Positions 9,230 to 18,493 of a DNA stretch of 64,000 nt are shown here, piece by piece (position 1 is the first letter of the stretch; each line of letters starts with the position of its first letter). Position numbers and translations under genes: made by a program. Source of the stretch: an uncultured Gemmatimonadaceae bacterium (GTDB taxonomy: Bacteria; Gemmatimonadota; Gemmatimonadetes; Gemmatimonadales; Gemmatimonadaceae); the NCBI GenBank assembly GCA_963781585.1, contig CAWAGQ010000004.1, positions 1,038,622-1,102,621 on the forward strand, read 5' to 3'. Under the pieces are notes generated by a model. The model was not told the origin of the DNA, did no database searches, and was given only the letters and a program-made list of their open reading frames with translations.

Positions 9230-10936
9230 CTACCACTTGTCGACGTGCTTCTTGAGTTCCTCGAGGCCGTGATCGGTGGTGAGCACGAGCAGCCGGTCGC
9301 CGGCCAGCAGCTGCACTCCCTTGTGAGGCACCTGCATGTGTTCTCCACGCATGATGGCGATGATCTGTGCGTCGTCGTCGAGGCGGCCTCCATTCTCCGG
9401 CATGACGGTTCCCGCGAACGCACTGTCAGGGCGCAGCACGCCCACGACCAGTCGACGGTCATCGGCCAGCTGCGCCGCCTCACCCGAGCGAAGCTGCGAC
9501 AGCAGGGCCAAGTGGTCGGGGTCGAGTGGGCGGGTCAGGCGGCGCTGCTCGAGAATCCGCAGCGCGATGTCGAGGTGCTCCACATGGTGCGCCGGCGAGT
9601 CCGACCGGCGTGGCACCTGTTCCTGGTACAGCCGACGGTAGCGCAGTCGGCTGCTGCCGCGCACCTGGATGATGTAGCTGAGCATGACTGCCAGCGCGGC
9701 CGGCACCAGGAGCGTGTAGCCGCCCGTCATTTCGGTGACCATGATGAGCGACGCCACGGGCACGCGCGCGGCCCCGGCAAAGACCGCCGCCATGCCGACG
9801 ATCGCGAACGGCGCGGGAGCCTTGTGAACGGCCACCGCGAAGAACCCGCCCAGCATCGTTCCGATAAACAGGCTCGGTGCGAAGACTCCACCTGATCCCC
9901 CGGAGGAGACCGTCAGACTCATCGCGACCATTTTTGCGAACACGAGCATGAGCAGCGTGGTCGCGAGCATGTTGCCGTCGATGGCCCGCTGCATCCACCC
10001 GTATCCACCCCCGATCACCTGCGGCGCCGCGATCGCCAGTGAGCCCATGAGCAGGCCGCCGATGGCCGGTCTGAGCGGTGGCGGGACCGGCAACCGGCGG
10101 AACAGATCGCGGGTGCCGTAGAAAACCGTCGGAACAACCATCGCGACGATTCCGGCGGCCACGCCGAGCACCGCGAACCAGGCGTAGTCGAGACTCCCGG
10201 GCACCGCCAGGGGGGGTATGCGGAACAGCGGCGTGAAACCGACGAAGATGCCGTTGACAGCGTAGGCCACGATCGACGCCAGCATCGTGTACAGGAGGGC
10301 GCCGGTCTCGAACTCCATGTCGGAGTACAGCACTTCGATGGCAAACAGCGCCGTGCCCACCGGGGATCGGAAGATTGCTGCGAGACCCGCCGACATGCCG
10401 ATCAGGAGGAGCAGGCGTCGGTCCTCGGCGTCGCGATGAGTCAGCGACGCGTACCACGACCCGATGCCGGCCGCCATGAGCGCCGCCGGTCCCTCGCGAC
10501 CCGCCGAACCGCCGGACCCCACGGTGAGGGCCGATGCGATAAGCTTCAGCGGCGGAACGCGCGCGCGTAGAGCTCCGTCGGCGCGATGGAAGGCCCGGAT
10601 GGCCGTGTCGGTGCCGTGTCCTTCGGTTTCGGGGGCCACCTTCCAGGTCAGGAACCCAACCAGCAGCCCGCCGAGTGTGGTCGCGACGGGAATGAGCCAG
10701 AGCCCGTACGGCCCGATCAGCTCGATGGGATTCCCGCCCTCATTGATCAGGCCAGGTGGGTGGTACCCGGCCAGCCGCGACAGAAAGACTCCCTGGGCCA
10801 GGCGAAGCAGCAGGAGGAATAGCTGTGCTGCGAATGCCCCTCCCACGCCGAGGAGGGCACTGTCGATGATCAGGCGGTGCTGTCGCTGTACCTCGTCTCT
10901 CAGGGGTGGCTCCGGACTCGCGCTTTTCTCTCGCAA
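9230..10936 (-). CDS. ClC-family chloride channel / Cl-/H+ antiporter with C-terminal TrkA-C-like domain
   Basis: GSGGSAGREGP, GGSGGVFAPSLFIG, EMTGGY; many TM segments. Confidence 0.9.
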   Translation of the reverse strand: MREKSASPEPPLRDEVQRQHRLIIDSALLGVGGAFAAQLFLLLLRLAQGVFLSRLAGYHPPGLINEGGNPIELIGPYGLWLIPVATTLGGLLVGFLTWKVAPETEGHGTDTAIRAFHRADGALRARVPPLKLIASALTVGSGGSAGREGPAALMAAGIGSWYASLTHRDAEDRRLLLLIGMSAGLAAIFRSPVGTALFAIEVLYSDMEFETGALLYTMLASIVAYAVNGIFVGFTPLFRIPPLAVPGSLDYAWFAVLGVAAGIVAMVVPTVFYGTRDLFRRLPVPPPLRPAIGGLLMGSLAIAAPQVIGGGYGWMQRAIDGNMLATTLLMLVFAKMVAMSLTVSSGGSGGVFAPSLFIGTMLGGFFAVAVHKAPAPFAIVGMAAVFAGAARVPVASLIMVTEMTGGYTLLVPAALAVMLSYIIQVRGSSRLRYRRLYQEQVPRRSDSPAHHVEHLDIALRILEQRRLTRPLDPDHLALLSQLRSGEAAQLADDRRLVVGVLRPDSAFAGTVMPENGGRLDDDAQIIAIMRGEHMQVPHKGVQLLAGDRLLVLTTDHGLEELKKHVDKW

Positions 10937-11013
10937 CGTAGCCGGGTGGCCAACCTCGCGCCATGCTTGCGCACCGGCATCCCAGGTCCGTGCGGCGGCG
11001 ACGGTTGGACCGC

Positions 11014-11382
11014 CTACGCGGACTTATCGCACCTCAGTTCAATGCGAACCATGGAGCTCGGATCGCCAACGGCGGGACGAGCCGGCTGGCGAATGCCCGT
11101 GAACGCCTGTTCCCAGCGCAGGTATCGCGTTCCCTCGTCCGGGAGCGACAAGGTAACGGTCGCGCCTGGCGACACCGTTCCGAGCGGCCGTCGAGTCCCG
11201 CGAGCGTCGTATGCGATGATGTCGATGTCCTGCGGGAGACGATTCGAGACCGTCGCCACACCACCGTACTCGCACGACGATGCCGGCGCGGGCGCCGCGG
11301 AGCGTGACGAGTGCTGCGTGCAGCCCGACAACGGCGGCGCGCCTGCGATGACAACGAGCTCGATGAGGCGGATAACCCGCAT
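11014..11382 (-). CDS. Hypothetical lipoprotein
   Basis: MRVIRLIELVVIAGAPPLSGC lipobox-like signal followed by a small beta-rich domain (LGTVSPGATVTLSLP); start uncertain. Confidence 0.5.
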   Translation of the reverse strand: MRVIRLIELVVIAGAPPLSGCTQHSSRSAAPAPASSCEYGGVATVSNRLPQDIDIIAYDARGTRRPLGTVSPGATVTLSLPDEGTRYLRWEQAFTGIRQPARPAVGDPSSMVRIELRCDKSA

Positions 11383-11582
11383 CGATATTGCCCTGCGCAC
11401 GGGAACGTGGACCACACGCAGCACCGACATGCTGACACCGGCCCAGCAGGAATGTTGACCTATCCCTCGCGGCAGGGGAAGACGGCGTCGCCTGCCGGTA
11501 TCACCGGTGCCCTGCAGCGAACGCCGGGCGCGTAGCGCCGCGATCGCGCGATTCGTACCGTCCATCCGGTAGTGGCTGATCG

Positions 11583-12842
11583 TCAGGCGGGAGCGGAAGG
11601 TAGGGCAGACGCCTCGCCCGGAGGCTCAGCCGGCGGCGGCGATCCTGGCGCCGCGGCTCTGGGAAGCTGGTCGAGCCAGCGGAGCAGCGGCGGCATCGTG
11701 CTCCCCTGAACGATCAGCGAGAACGCGACCACCGCGAACGTGACGCGAACAATCTGCTCGCGAAACGCCAGACCGGGTGGCAGGCCCAGCGCCAGCGCAA
11801 GGGCAAGCGCGCCGCGCAATCCGCCCCAGAAGAGTACGTGCTGATGGCGGCGCTCCACGCGATGCCGGGTGGGCGCGATGACTGCGCACAGCGGATAGAT
11901 CGCGACGGCGCGGGCCGCGAGGACGAGAGGAATGGCCACCACCGCCGATGCGACAGCGGTCAGAAAATCCTCCCTCACTTCGCGCATACCGATCAGCAGA
12001 AAGATCAGCGAATTCACCACGAACGCGGCGTACGCCCAGAAGCCGTCGACCGCCTCGCGCCCGCGCTGCGAAATGGCACCCATCGATACGCCGAGGTTGC
12101 CCACGATGAGTCCGGCCGTGAGGCACGCGAGGACGCCCGAAAAGTGGCGCTGTTCGGCCAGAATGAACGAGCCGTATGCGGCGACGGTGGTGAACGTGAT
12201 TTCGACCAGGTGATCTGTGGTGCGTCCGGCAAGCAGCAGCGCCACTCCGGCGACCACGCCGCCGACGACGATGGCGCCCCCGATGGTACGCAGAATGTCG
12301 AGCCCGATGGCCGCGGCGCCGCCTCCCGTCCCTGCGGCGGCGAACGCCAGCGCCGTAGCGAACAGGATCGCCGCAGTGGAATCGTTGAACAGGCTCTCGG
12401 CTTCCACCAGCAGTCGGAGCCGCCCGCGCAATCCGGCTTCCCGGAACAGGGCGATCACCGATACCGGGTCGGTCGCCGCGATGAGCGAGCCGAACAACAG
12501 TGACGCGGGTACGGGCCATCCGGCGATGTAGCGCATGCCGGCGGCCGTCACCCCCGCCGAGATCAGCACGCCGGCGGAGGCGAGCAGCAGCACGACGCCG
12601 AAGTCGCGCCACAGTTCCTTCCACTTGAGATCGATCGCCGCTTCAAAGATCAGCGGGGGAAGAAACGCGTTGTAGATGAGATCGCGTGTGAGGTCCAGTC
12701 CCGGAGACACGTCGAAGAACGCGAGGGCGCCACCGGCGACGACCAGCCCGACGCTCGACGGCACATGCAGGCGGCGCGCGACGATCGCCACCAGCGCGGC
12801 GATGAGCAGCAGGATTTCGACGCGATTGAGGATCTGGTCCAC
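11583..12842 (-). CDS. CPA1-family (NhaP-like) Na+/H+ antiporter
   Basis: FLPPLIFEAA, AATDPVSV, EAESLFND, WGGLRGA motifs. Confidence 0.92.
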   Translation of the reverse strand: MDQILNRVEILLLIAALVAIVARRLHVPSSVGLVVAGGALAFFDVSPGLDLTRDLIYNAFLPPLIFEAAIDLKWKELWRDFGVVLLLASAGVLISAGVTAAGMRYIAGWPVPASLLFGSLIAATDPVSVIALFREAGLRGRLRLLVEAESLFNDSTAAILFATALAFAAAGTGGGAAAIGLDILRTIGGAIVVGGVVAGVALLLAGRTTDHLVEITFTTVAAYGSFILAEQRHFSGVLACLTAGLIVGNLGVSMGAISQRGREAVDGFWAYAAFVVNSLIFLLIGMREVREDFLTAVASAVVAIPLVLAARAVAIYPLCAVIAPTRHRVERRHQHVLFWGGLRGALALALALGLPPGLAFREQIVRVTFAVVAFSLIVQGSTMPPLLRWLDQLPRAAAPGSPPPAEPPGEASALPSAPA

Positions 12843-12949
12843 GGGTCGCCTCGACGGGGTGTGCGGTTAATGTAGCGGCGACACGGGGACCGGGACGAAC
12901 GCGGGGGTGAGCCGGTGACCGCCTGTCCAGACCGTGCGCCGCACCGTGT

Positions 12950-15127
12950 TCAAGGGCGGCCGCTCAAGCCTAACGAGGACGGTGCGCTGCGCACGATGTC
13001 GAGGCGCAGCTCGGTCCAGCCGTCCACCTGGAAGAAGCGCAGGCGCAGGGCGTGACGCCCCGCCGCGACCGGTACGGCATCGACCGCTGACTCGTGCAGG
13101 GTCCAGCGATCGATGCGGAGCGTGTCGTCCACCCAGACGCGGATGCCGTCGTCGCTGATTGTCCGCAGGATGTAGGAGCCTGGCGCCAGATCGACCGCAG
13201 TCGTCGCCTCGATCGCAAACCGCGCCTGAGGCAACTCACGAATCGTGGGCCGATACCAGAGATAGTCGAGTCGCGGGGCGCGCCGCTCCACCAGCGGCTC
13301 CGACCGCAGCAGGGCGTCGAAGCGATCCGACGCGGTGCGCGGATCGGTGCTGTCGGCCCAGGCAAAGAAGCGGATGTCCCAATCGACCCGCGGCTCGAAG
13401 TGCTCATACGAAAGGCGCACCGGCGTGCCCGGAGGACGTCGCGTCCCCGTGGACGACACCGTGGCCCTGCCCCGGTATTCGAGCGTAAGCGTCCAGTCAT
13501 CCGCAGCTTCAGGCTCGGGCGTCACCGCGATCGTATCTCCCACGCGGCCGGCAGCGCGCGACACCCGACTCACTCCGCGTCGTGCCACCACGCGCCAGTC
13601 ACCGGAAGGACCGAGCACGGCGAGCCGGAGCGGAACGGCACGCGTGCTGTCCACAGGCCACAGCCTGGGCGTCCTCCAGTCATACGGTCCCCATTCGTCC
13701 ACCACGATCGCGGCTCGGTTCCGGCGGGCGTCGGCCGAAGATGGCGGGCGACGCGGAACGCCGGGAAGCGTGGGAACCCGCCGCGCCCACTCGCTCGGGA
13801 CCGCCGGGGCCGGGCAATCGCCCGGCGTCGTGCCTGACGAGTCGTTCTGATCGACCGTCAGGCCGCTGGTATTGGCCGACTGAATCCGGATGCGATTGGC
13901 GACGAATCTGTTCTGCTCGATCCGGTAGTCGCGACTGCGCGTGTCGCGGTGCCGGGGGTAGCCCCAGTCGGAGGGCTCGATGCTGTCCGCCCACAACCGA
14001 ATGGCCGTGCTGTCGCCGAGAAAGAAGTTTCCGGCAATGACGTTGTCCTGCCCGTGTTCGATGGCCACGCCGGTGTGGTTCCCGTGAAAGCAGTTGGCGA
14101 TGACCTGCGATTCGAAGCTGTAACCGCCCCAGAGCCCGTAGTCGCTCCCCGCGGCTCGATTGGCGACGAAACTGTTCCGACTGAACGTGGCCTCCATGGC
14201 ATTGGCGGGCGCGAAGCTGAAATCGTTGCCGACGAACAGATTGTCGTTCGCCCCACCTTCTCCCGTGTCCATGGTGCTCTGTCCGGCCCAGAGAAAGAGC
14301 CCGTCGCCGCCGTGCGTGGCCGAGTTGAATGCGACGATGTTTCGGCTGCTCTGCTCGTACAACAGGATGTCCGCGGAGTCCTGGCCGCGCCGGTAGAAGC
14401 CGTCACTGTAGCCGCGCACGTTGAAGTCGACGCGATTGCGCACAACGGTATTATCGCTCGACCGGTAAAGGCCGATGCCGACGCCGGAGTTGAACGAGAA
14501 GTCGTTGTCCTGGACCCGGAGGTGGTTGCTGCGCACCAGGAGCAGGGCGTTCATCCCCTGGCGGACCACGGAGCGCCGCACCGCACCGCCCTGCACGTCC
14601 ACCAGGTACATCGCAGCGCCGTAGCGGAGCCACTCGTCCTTCTCGTTGTGATGATAGCTGAGCCAGTCGACGAGACTCTCATGCTCGACCAGGCTGAAGA
14701 GACGCGGCTTCCAGTTGTAGCTGGCATCGATGTTCGTGAGCACGAGGTCGCGTGTGCCGCGGGCCAGGATTGCAACCTTGTAGCCGCGGATGCGCGCGTT
14801 GATGATGCGTACGTTTCGGCCGCCATCAATGCGAATGGCAACGCCGGTGGCGAGGTCGGGGGCGGCGGCGGCCGCAGTACCCTGGAGCGTGGCGCCGTCG
14901 AAGTCCACGGTTACATCGTCGCCACGAACCACGATCAGCGAGGAATCGAGACCACCTGGTGCCGGCAGCCGATACACCTCGGGGACGACGCGCACCGACT
15001 GCGAGATGACCATCCCTGAGCGCAGCCGGATCCGTTCCTGGGCGCTTGATGCGCGCGCGAATCCGAGCGCGCACACCCCAACCGCGAGGGACACCCGGAC
15101 CGCGCCGCAGGGTAGCGGCAATCTCAC
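12950..15127 (-). CDS. Secreted right-handed beta-helix (NosD/pectin-lyase-like) protein with C-terminal PA14 domain
   Basis: Signal peptide; repeated N-x-F/V-x-x-N beta-helix turns; C-terminal SDDGIRVWVDD...H...LRFFQ PA14 motif. Confidence 0.8.
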   Translation of the reverse strand: MRLPLPCGAVRVSLAVGVCALGFARASSAQERIRLRSGMVISQSVRVVPEVYRLPAPGGLDSSLIVVRGDDVTVDFDGATLQGTAAAAAPDLATGVAIRIDGGRNVRIINARIRGYKVAILARGTRDLVLTNIDASYNWKPRLFSLVEHESLVDWLSYHHNEKDEWLRYGAAMYLVDVQGGAVRRSVVRQGMNALLLVRSNHLRVQDNDFSFNSGVGIGLYRSSDNTVVRNRVDFNVRGYSDGFYRRGQDSADILLYEQSSRNIVAFNSATHGGDGLFLWAGQSTMDTGEGGANDNLFVGNDFSFAPANAMEATFSRNSFVANRAAGSDYGLWGGYSFESQVIANCFHGNHTGVAIEHGQDNVIAGNFFLGDSTAIRLWADSIEPSDWGYPRHRDTRSRDYRIEQNRFVANRIRIQSANTSGLTVDQNDSSGTTPGDCPAPAVPSEWARRVPTLPGVPRRPPSSADARRNRAAIVVDEWGPYDWRTPRLWPVDSTRAVPLRLAVLGPSGDWRVVARRGVSRVSRAAGRVGDTIAVTPEPEAADDWTLTLEYRGRATVSSTGTRRPPGTPVRLSYEHFEPRVDWDIRFFAWADSTDPRTASDRFDALLRSEPLVERRAPRLDYLWYRPTIRELPQARFAIEATTAVDLAPGSYILRTISDDGIRVWVDDTLRIDRWTLHESAVDAVPVAAGRHALRLRFFQVDGWTELRLDIVRSAPSSLGLSGRP

Positions 15128-15429
15128 GGCGCGTGCCGGCCCTTCGGCTTGCCAAAGAGGACGAGCAATTCGTGCGTGGCCCGTTCCGGTCGGCGGCGGC
15201 GGGCCGCGGGCAGGCCCTTCCCAGCCCGATTGATGCAGAAGAACATGAACATCGACATCGCCGAGCGACAGGCACCGGCCTTGCGTCGCCAGCTCCGCTC
15301 GGCCGATCGCTTCAATGATCGCGCGATGGCACGCCGGTCATCGAACGCCAATACGCCGCGATCCAGATCGGCCGCATTGCTCCGCCCGGTGACCCGCTCC
15401 GACCAACATGCCCCGGCGCCCTTCCCCAT
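15124..15429 (-). CDS. DUF3175-like small basic protein (somewhat divergent)
   Basis: WSERVT...DLDRGV...IARSLKRSAERS.RRK...RSAMSM...INRAGK pattern recalled for DUF3175; stop overlaps next GTG start (GTGA). Confidence 0.65.
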   Translation of the reverse strand: MGKGAGACWSERVTGRSNAADLDRGVLAFDDRRAIARSLKRSAERSWRRKAGACRSAMSMFMFFCINRAGKGLPAARRRRPERATHELLVLFGKPKGRHAP

Positions 15430-15445
15430 CGTCCAACCTGATCGA

Positions 15446-15952
15446 TCAGCCGCCCTTGTGGCTGATGGCGTAGACATACGCAGCAACCGCCTTGATCTGA
15501 TCCTGGGTGAGGTTCGCGCCTCCCATGGGAAGCATCGGGCCCGGAAACGGCGGCGTGGGGTTGGGCATGCCTTCGGTCACGCGCTTCTGGATGAACGCAT
15601 ACGTTCCATCTCCGGTCTGCCACAGAGAATCGACCAGCGACGGGGCGAGCTGCGTGCCCTTGGCGTCGACGCCGTGACAGGTGAAGCAGGCGCCGCTGGC
15701 GACCTGACCATGGAAGATGCTGTCGCCGAGGGCGACCATTTCCGCCGTGGCACCGGCTGGTGGCGCCCCGGGCGTCGGAGGCGCGGCCATCGCCATGGCG
15801 GCGGTATCCGGGGCCATTGCCATCCCGGTGTCCGTCTGCGCCGCCTTCTCGCCCCCTCCCCCGCACGCGTTCATGGTGAACGCGAGCGCCAGTCCGAATG
15901 CCGCCACCGGGCGTGCTCGGCGCAAGAGATCCCCGGAATCGCACGTACGCAT
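15446..15952 (-). CDS. Monoheme c-type cytochrome lipoprotein
   Basis: Lipobox-like MNAC, CFTCH heme motif, distal Met region GPMLPMG; GGAGG RBS before ATG 15952. Confidence 0.85.
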   Translation of the reverse strand: MRTCDSGDLLRRARPVAAFGLALAFTMNACGGGGEKAAQTDTGMAMAPDTAAMAMAAPPTPGAPPAGATAEMVALGDSIFHGQVASGACFTCHGVDAKGTQLAPSLVDSLWQTGDGTYAFIQKRVTEGMPNPTPPFPGPMLPMGGANLTQDQIKAVAAYVYAISHKGG

Positions 15953-16246
15953 GTCATCCTCCATTCTTGCCGTTGGGTTGAAACTATCATAGCGCATCGC
16001 ATGGTCACTGTGGCGGCGGGGCCATGGCGCAGCTGAGGGCGATTCTCGCGGCTGCCCCTGCTTGCGGTCCCCGGACCGACGTCACCGGCCATGCGGCGAA
16101 GTCGTGTACATTCCGACAGCGTCAACAATATCATGTTGTCGTTCGATTTGGCATGGCCGCCCCGCCGGTCTCCTCGGTTCGGGCCAGGGATCGCGGCCCC
16201 CCGGGGTGTGCTCCACCGTCCGATCATCTGCCGGAAGAGATTCTCC

Positions 16247-17395
16247 ATGATACCGCCGCCATATCGCCGGGCCCGGTCGCTACGCCTAACGCCTGTCGCG
16301 CTCTGTGCGCTGCTGACCGCGGTCGCGGTGTGTCCGGCAAGGGCGCAGGGCATCCCGGCTCGCCTCGACGACAGTACGTTCTGGCAGATGATCTCCGACC
16401 TGTCGGAGCCGGGCGGAACGTTCCGATCGGACAACTTCGTCTCGAATGAGGCGGCCTATCAGTACGTCATCCCGGGACTGCTGTCCCGCGTTCGGCCCGG
16501 CGGCGTGTACCTCGGTGTGGGTCCCGACCAGAATTTCACGTACATCGCGGCGTTTGTCCCGCGGATTGCGTTCATCGTCGACATCCGCCGTCAGAACCTG
16601 GTCCAGCACCTGATGTACAAGGCGCTGATCGAGGACTCGGCCGACCGCCCAGAGTTCGTATCCCGGCTCTTCTCTCGACCACGACCGGCCGGGCTCGATA
16701 CCAGCATGAGCGCGGAGGTCATCCTGGACGCGTATGCAGCGGTGGCACCCGACTCGGCGATGTTCCGCCGCACGCTGACCGCGATCCGGGAGCGCCTCCT
16801 GTCAGCACACGGGTTTGCGCTCACCCATGAGGACCTGAACTCGCTGGACTATGTCTTCGGGGCGTTCTACCGCGCGGGTCCCGACATCACGTACTCCTTC
16901 GGGTCTGCCGGGCGCAACTATGGTGGATACGGCATGCCCACCTATGCGCAGCTGATGCTGGAGACCGACGGGCACGGTGTCGACCGGAGCTACCTCGGCA
17001 GCGAGTCGACCTATCGCACACTCAAGGAACTGGAGGAGCAGAACCTGATCGTTCCGCTGGTGGGGGACTTCGCCGGGCCGCAGGCGCTGCGTGCGGTGGG
17101 AGAGTATCTGAAGGCGCATGGCGCCGCCGTGTCGATATTCTACACGTCCAACGTCGAGATGTATCTGTTCCAGGACCCGGACGCGTGGAAGCGATTCTAC
17201 AGCAGCGTGTCGACTCTGCCGATCGATTCCACCAGTACGTTCATCCGGTCGCTCTCGAATCGCGGCTGGGTGACGAGCCAGAATCCGAATTCGCGGTCGG
17301 CGCAGCTCGTGGCATCAATGGCCGATCTCGTGGACGCCTTTGCGCACGGGCGTATCGAATCCTACTACAGCATCATCCAGATCTCGCGCTATTGA
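16247..17395 (+). CDS. Secreted conserved hypothetical protein (possible Rossmann/methyltransferase-like fold)
   Basis: Signal peptide ending ARA; SDNFVSNE, GGVYLGVGPDQNFTYI, FYTSNVEMYL blocks; strong coding codon bias; start uncertain. Confidence 0.65.
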   Translation: MIPPPYRRARSLRLTPVALCALLTAVAVCPARAQGIPARLDDSTFWQMISDLSEPGGTFRSDNFVSNEAAYQYVIPGLLSRVRPGGVYLGVGPDQNFTYIAAFVPRIAFIVDIRRQNLVQHLMYKALIEDSADRPEFVSRLFSRPRPAGLDTSMSAEVILDAYAAVAPDSAMFRRTLTAIRERLLSAHGFALTHEDLNSLDYVFGAFYRAGPDITYSFGSAGRNYGGYGMPTYAQLMLETDGHGVDRSYLGSESTYRTLKELEEQNLIVPLVGDFAGPQALRAVGEYLKAHGAAVSIFYTSNVEMYLFQDPDAWKRFYSSVSTLPIDSTSTFIRSLSNRGWVTSQNPNSRSAQLVASMADLVDAFAHGRIESYYSIIQISRY

Positions 17396-17416
17396 CGACG
17401 TCCCGACATCGACGGA

Positions 17417-17623
17417 TCAGCCGAGCGTAATTTCACCGTCCACGCGGTGGTCGGCGATCAGATCACCAAGGCTGAGCGTGGCGCGTACCGGCAGCGATTC
17501 GTGTCCCTGCAGGCTCCCCGCCGCGAGCGCGGCGCGGACGGCCTGTTCGATCTCGCGCTGCGCCGTGACACCGAACTGCTTGAGGAACTTCCGGATCGAG
17601 AGATTGAAGGCGTCGTCGTTCAT
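17417..17623 (-). CDS. DUF6494-like small protein
   Basis: MNDDAFNLSIRKFLKQFGVTAQREIE pattern; AGGAG RBS. Confidence 0.75.
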   Translation of the reverse strand: MNDDAFNLSIRKFLKQFGVTAQREIEQAVRAALAAGSLQGHESLPVRATLSLGDLIADHRVDGEITLG

Positions 17624-17843
17624 GACTTCTCCTGTCGTGGCGGGTTCGCGGTGGCGACCTCACGCGATCAACGGTCGGCACCGCGGCTGACGGCCCGGTC
17701 GACCGGACCGGCAGGCCGCAATTGTACGACATTTCGGCCCAGCCCGCCGCTTGACGGCTCGGAATCCATGTGCATCGTTGATGCGCCGTCTGTGGTGGCG
17801 CTTCATCCTCGACACGATATCCACACCCTTGAGAGTGACACTC

Positions 17844-18443
17844 ATGAACCGCACCGTGCGTCTGGCCATACCGGCCGCCCTCATTTTCGGAGTGTCGTGC
17901 TCATCCAAGCAGACCTCCACACCAGCCCCCGCACCAACGCCCGCGCCCACGCCGGCCGGAGGAGTGGCGCAGGGTCGCGGCAGCGCGCCGGGCGGGCGCG
18001 GCGGGGCACCGGCGGGTGGACGCGCGCCGATGACGCCCGAGATGCGGGCTGCCCGTCGCGACTCCATCGCCAAGCTGCGCGAGGCAACGGTGCAGCAGGT
18101 GCTGGCGTCGATCGCGGGCCATGAGAACGAACCCGCCGGCGAGGTCTTCAAGAACGTGCAGTTGCTCAAGGACATGCCGGCGGGCGAGTTCGTGAAGAAC
18201 ATGGATCAGATGTTCGGCCGCGCGCTGAGCCAGAACTGCACGTCGTGCCACGTGGCGGATCAATGGGAAGACGACTCGCGCAACGGCAAGAAGACCGCGC
18301 GCCTCATGATCGAGATGATGGACCACATCAATGCGGACCATCTGAGCAAACTGCCGCCGAACCGAGGCGGGCAGACGCCGAAGATCACCTGCGTGACGTG
18401 TCACCGCGGCAACGGGAACCCCGGCTCGGCGCTGCTTCCCTAG
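17844..18443 (+). CDS. Diheme c-type cytochrome lipoprotein related to the photosynthetic RC cytochrome subunit family
   Basis: Lipobox GVSC; FKNVQLL, CTSCH, KKTARLMIEM, ITCVTCHRG. Confidence 0.8.
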   Translation: MNRTVRLAIPAALIFGVSCSSKQTSTPAPAPTPAPTPAGGVAQGRGSAPGGRGGAPAGGRAPMTPEMRAARRDSIAKLREATVQQVLASIAGHENEPAGEVFKNVQLLKDMPAGEFVKNMDQMFGRALSQNCTSCHVADQWEDDSRNGKKTARLMIEMMDHINADHLSKLPPNRGGQTPKITCVTCHRGNGNPGSALLP

Positions 18444-18493
18444 GAGCTGACGCGCCGCGGCTTCCTGATGGGCCGCGGCGCGCAGGCCGCGCC

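Noticed and set aside
17844..18443. Evidence of phototrophy (pufC)
   Set aside because: Only two haem motifs and no pufLM or bch genes nearby
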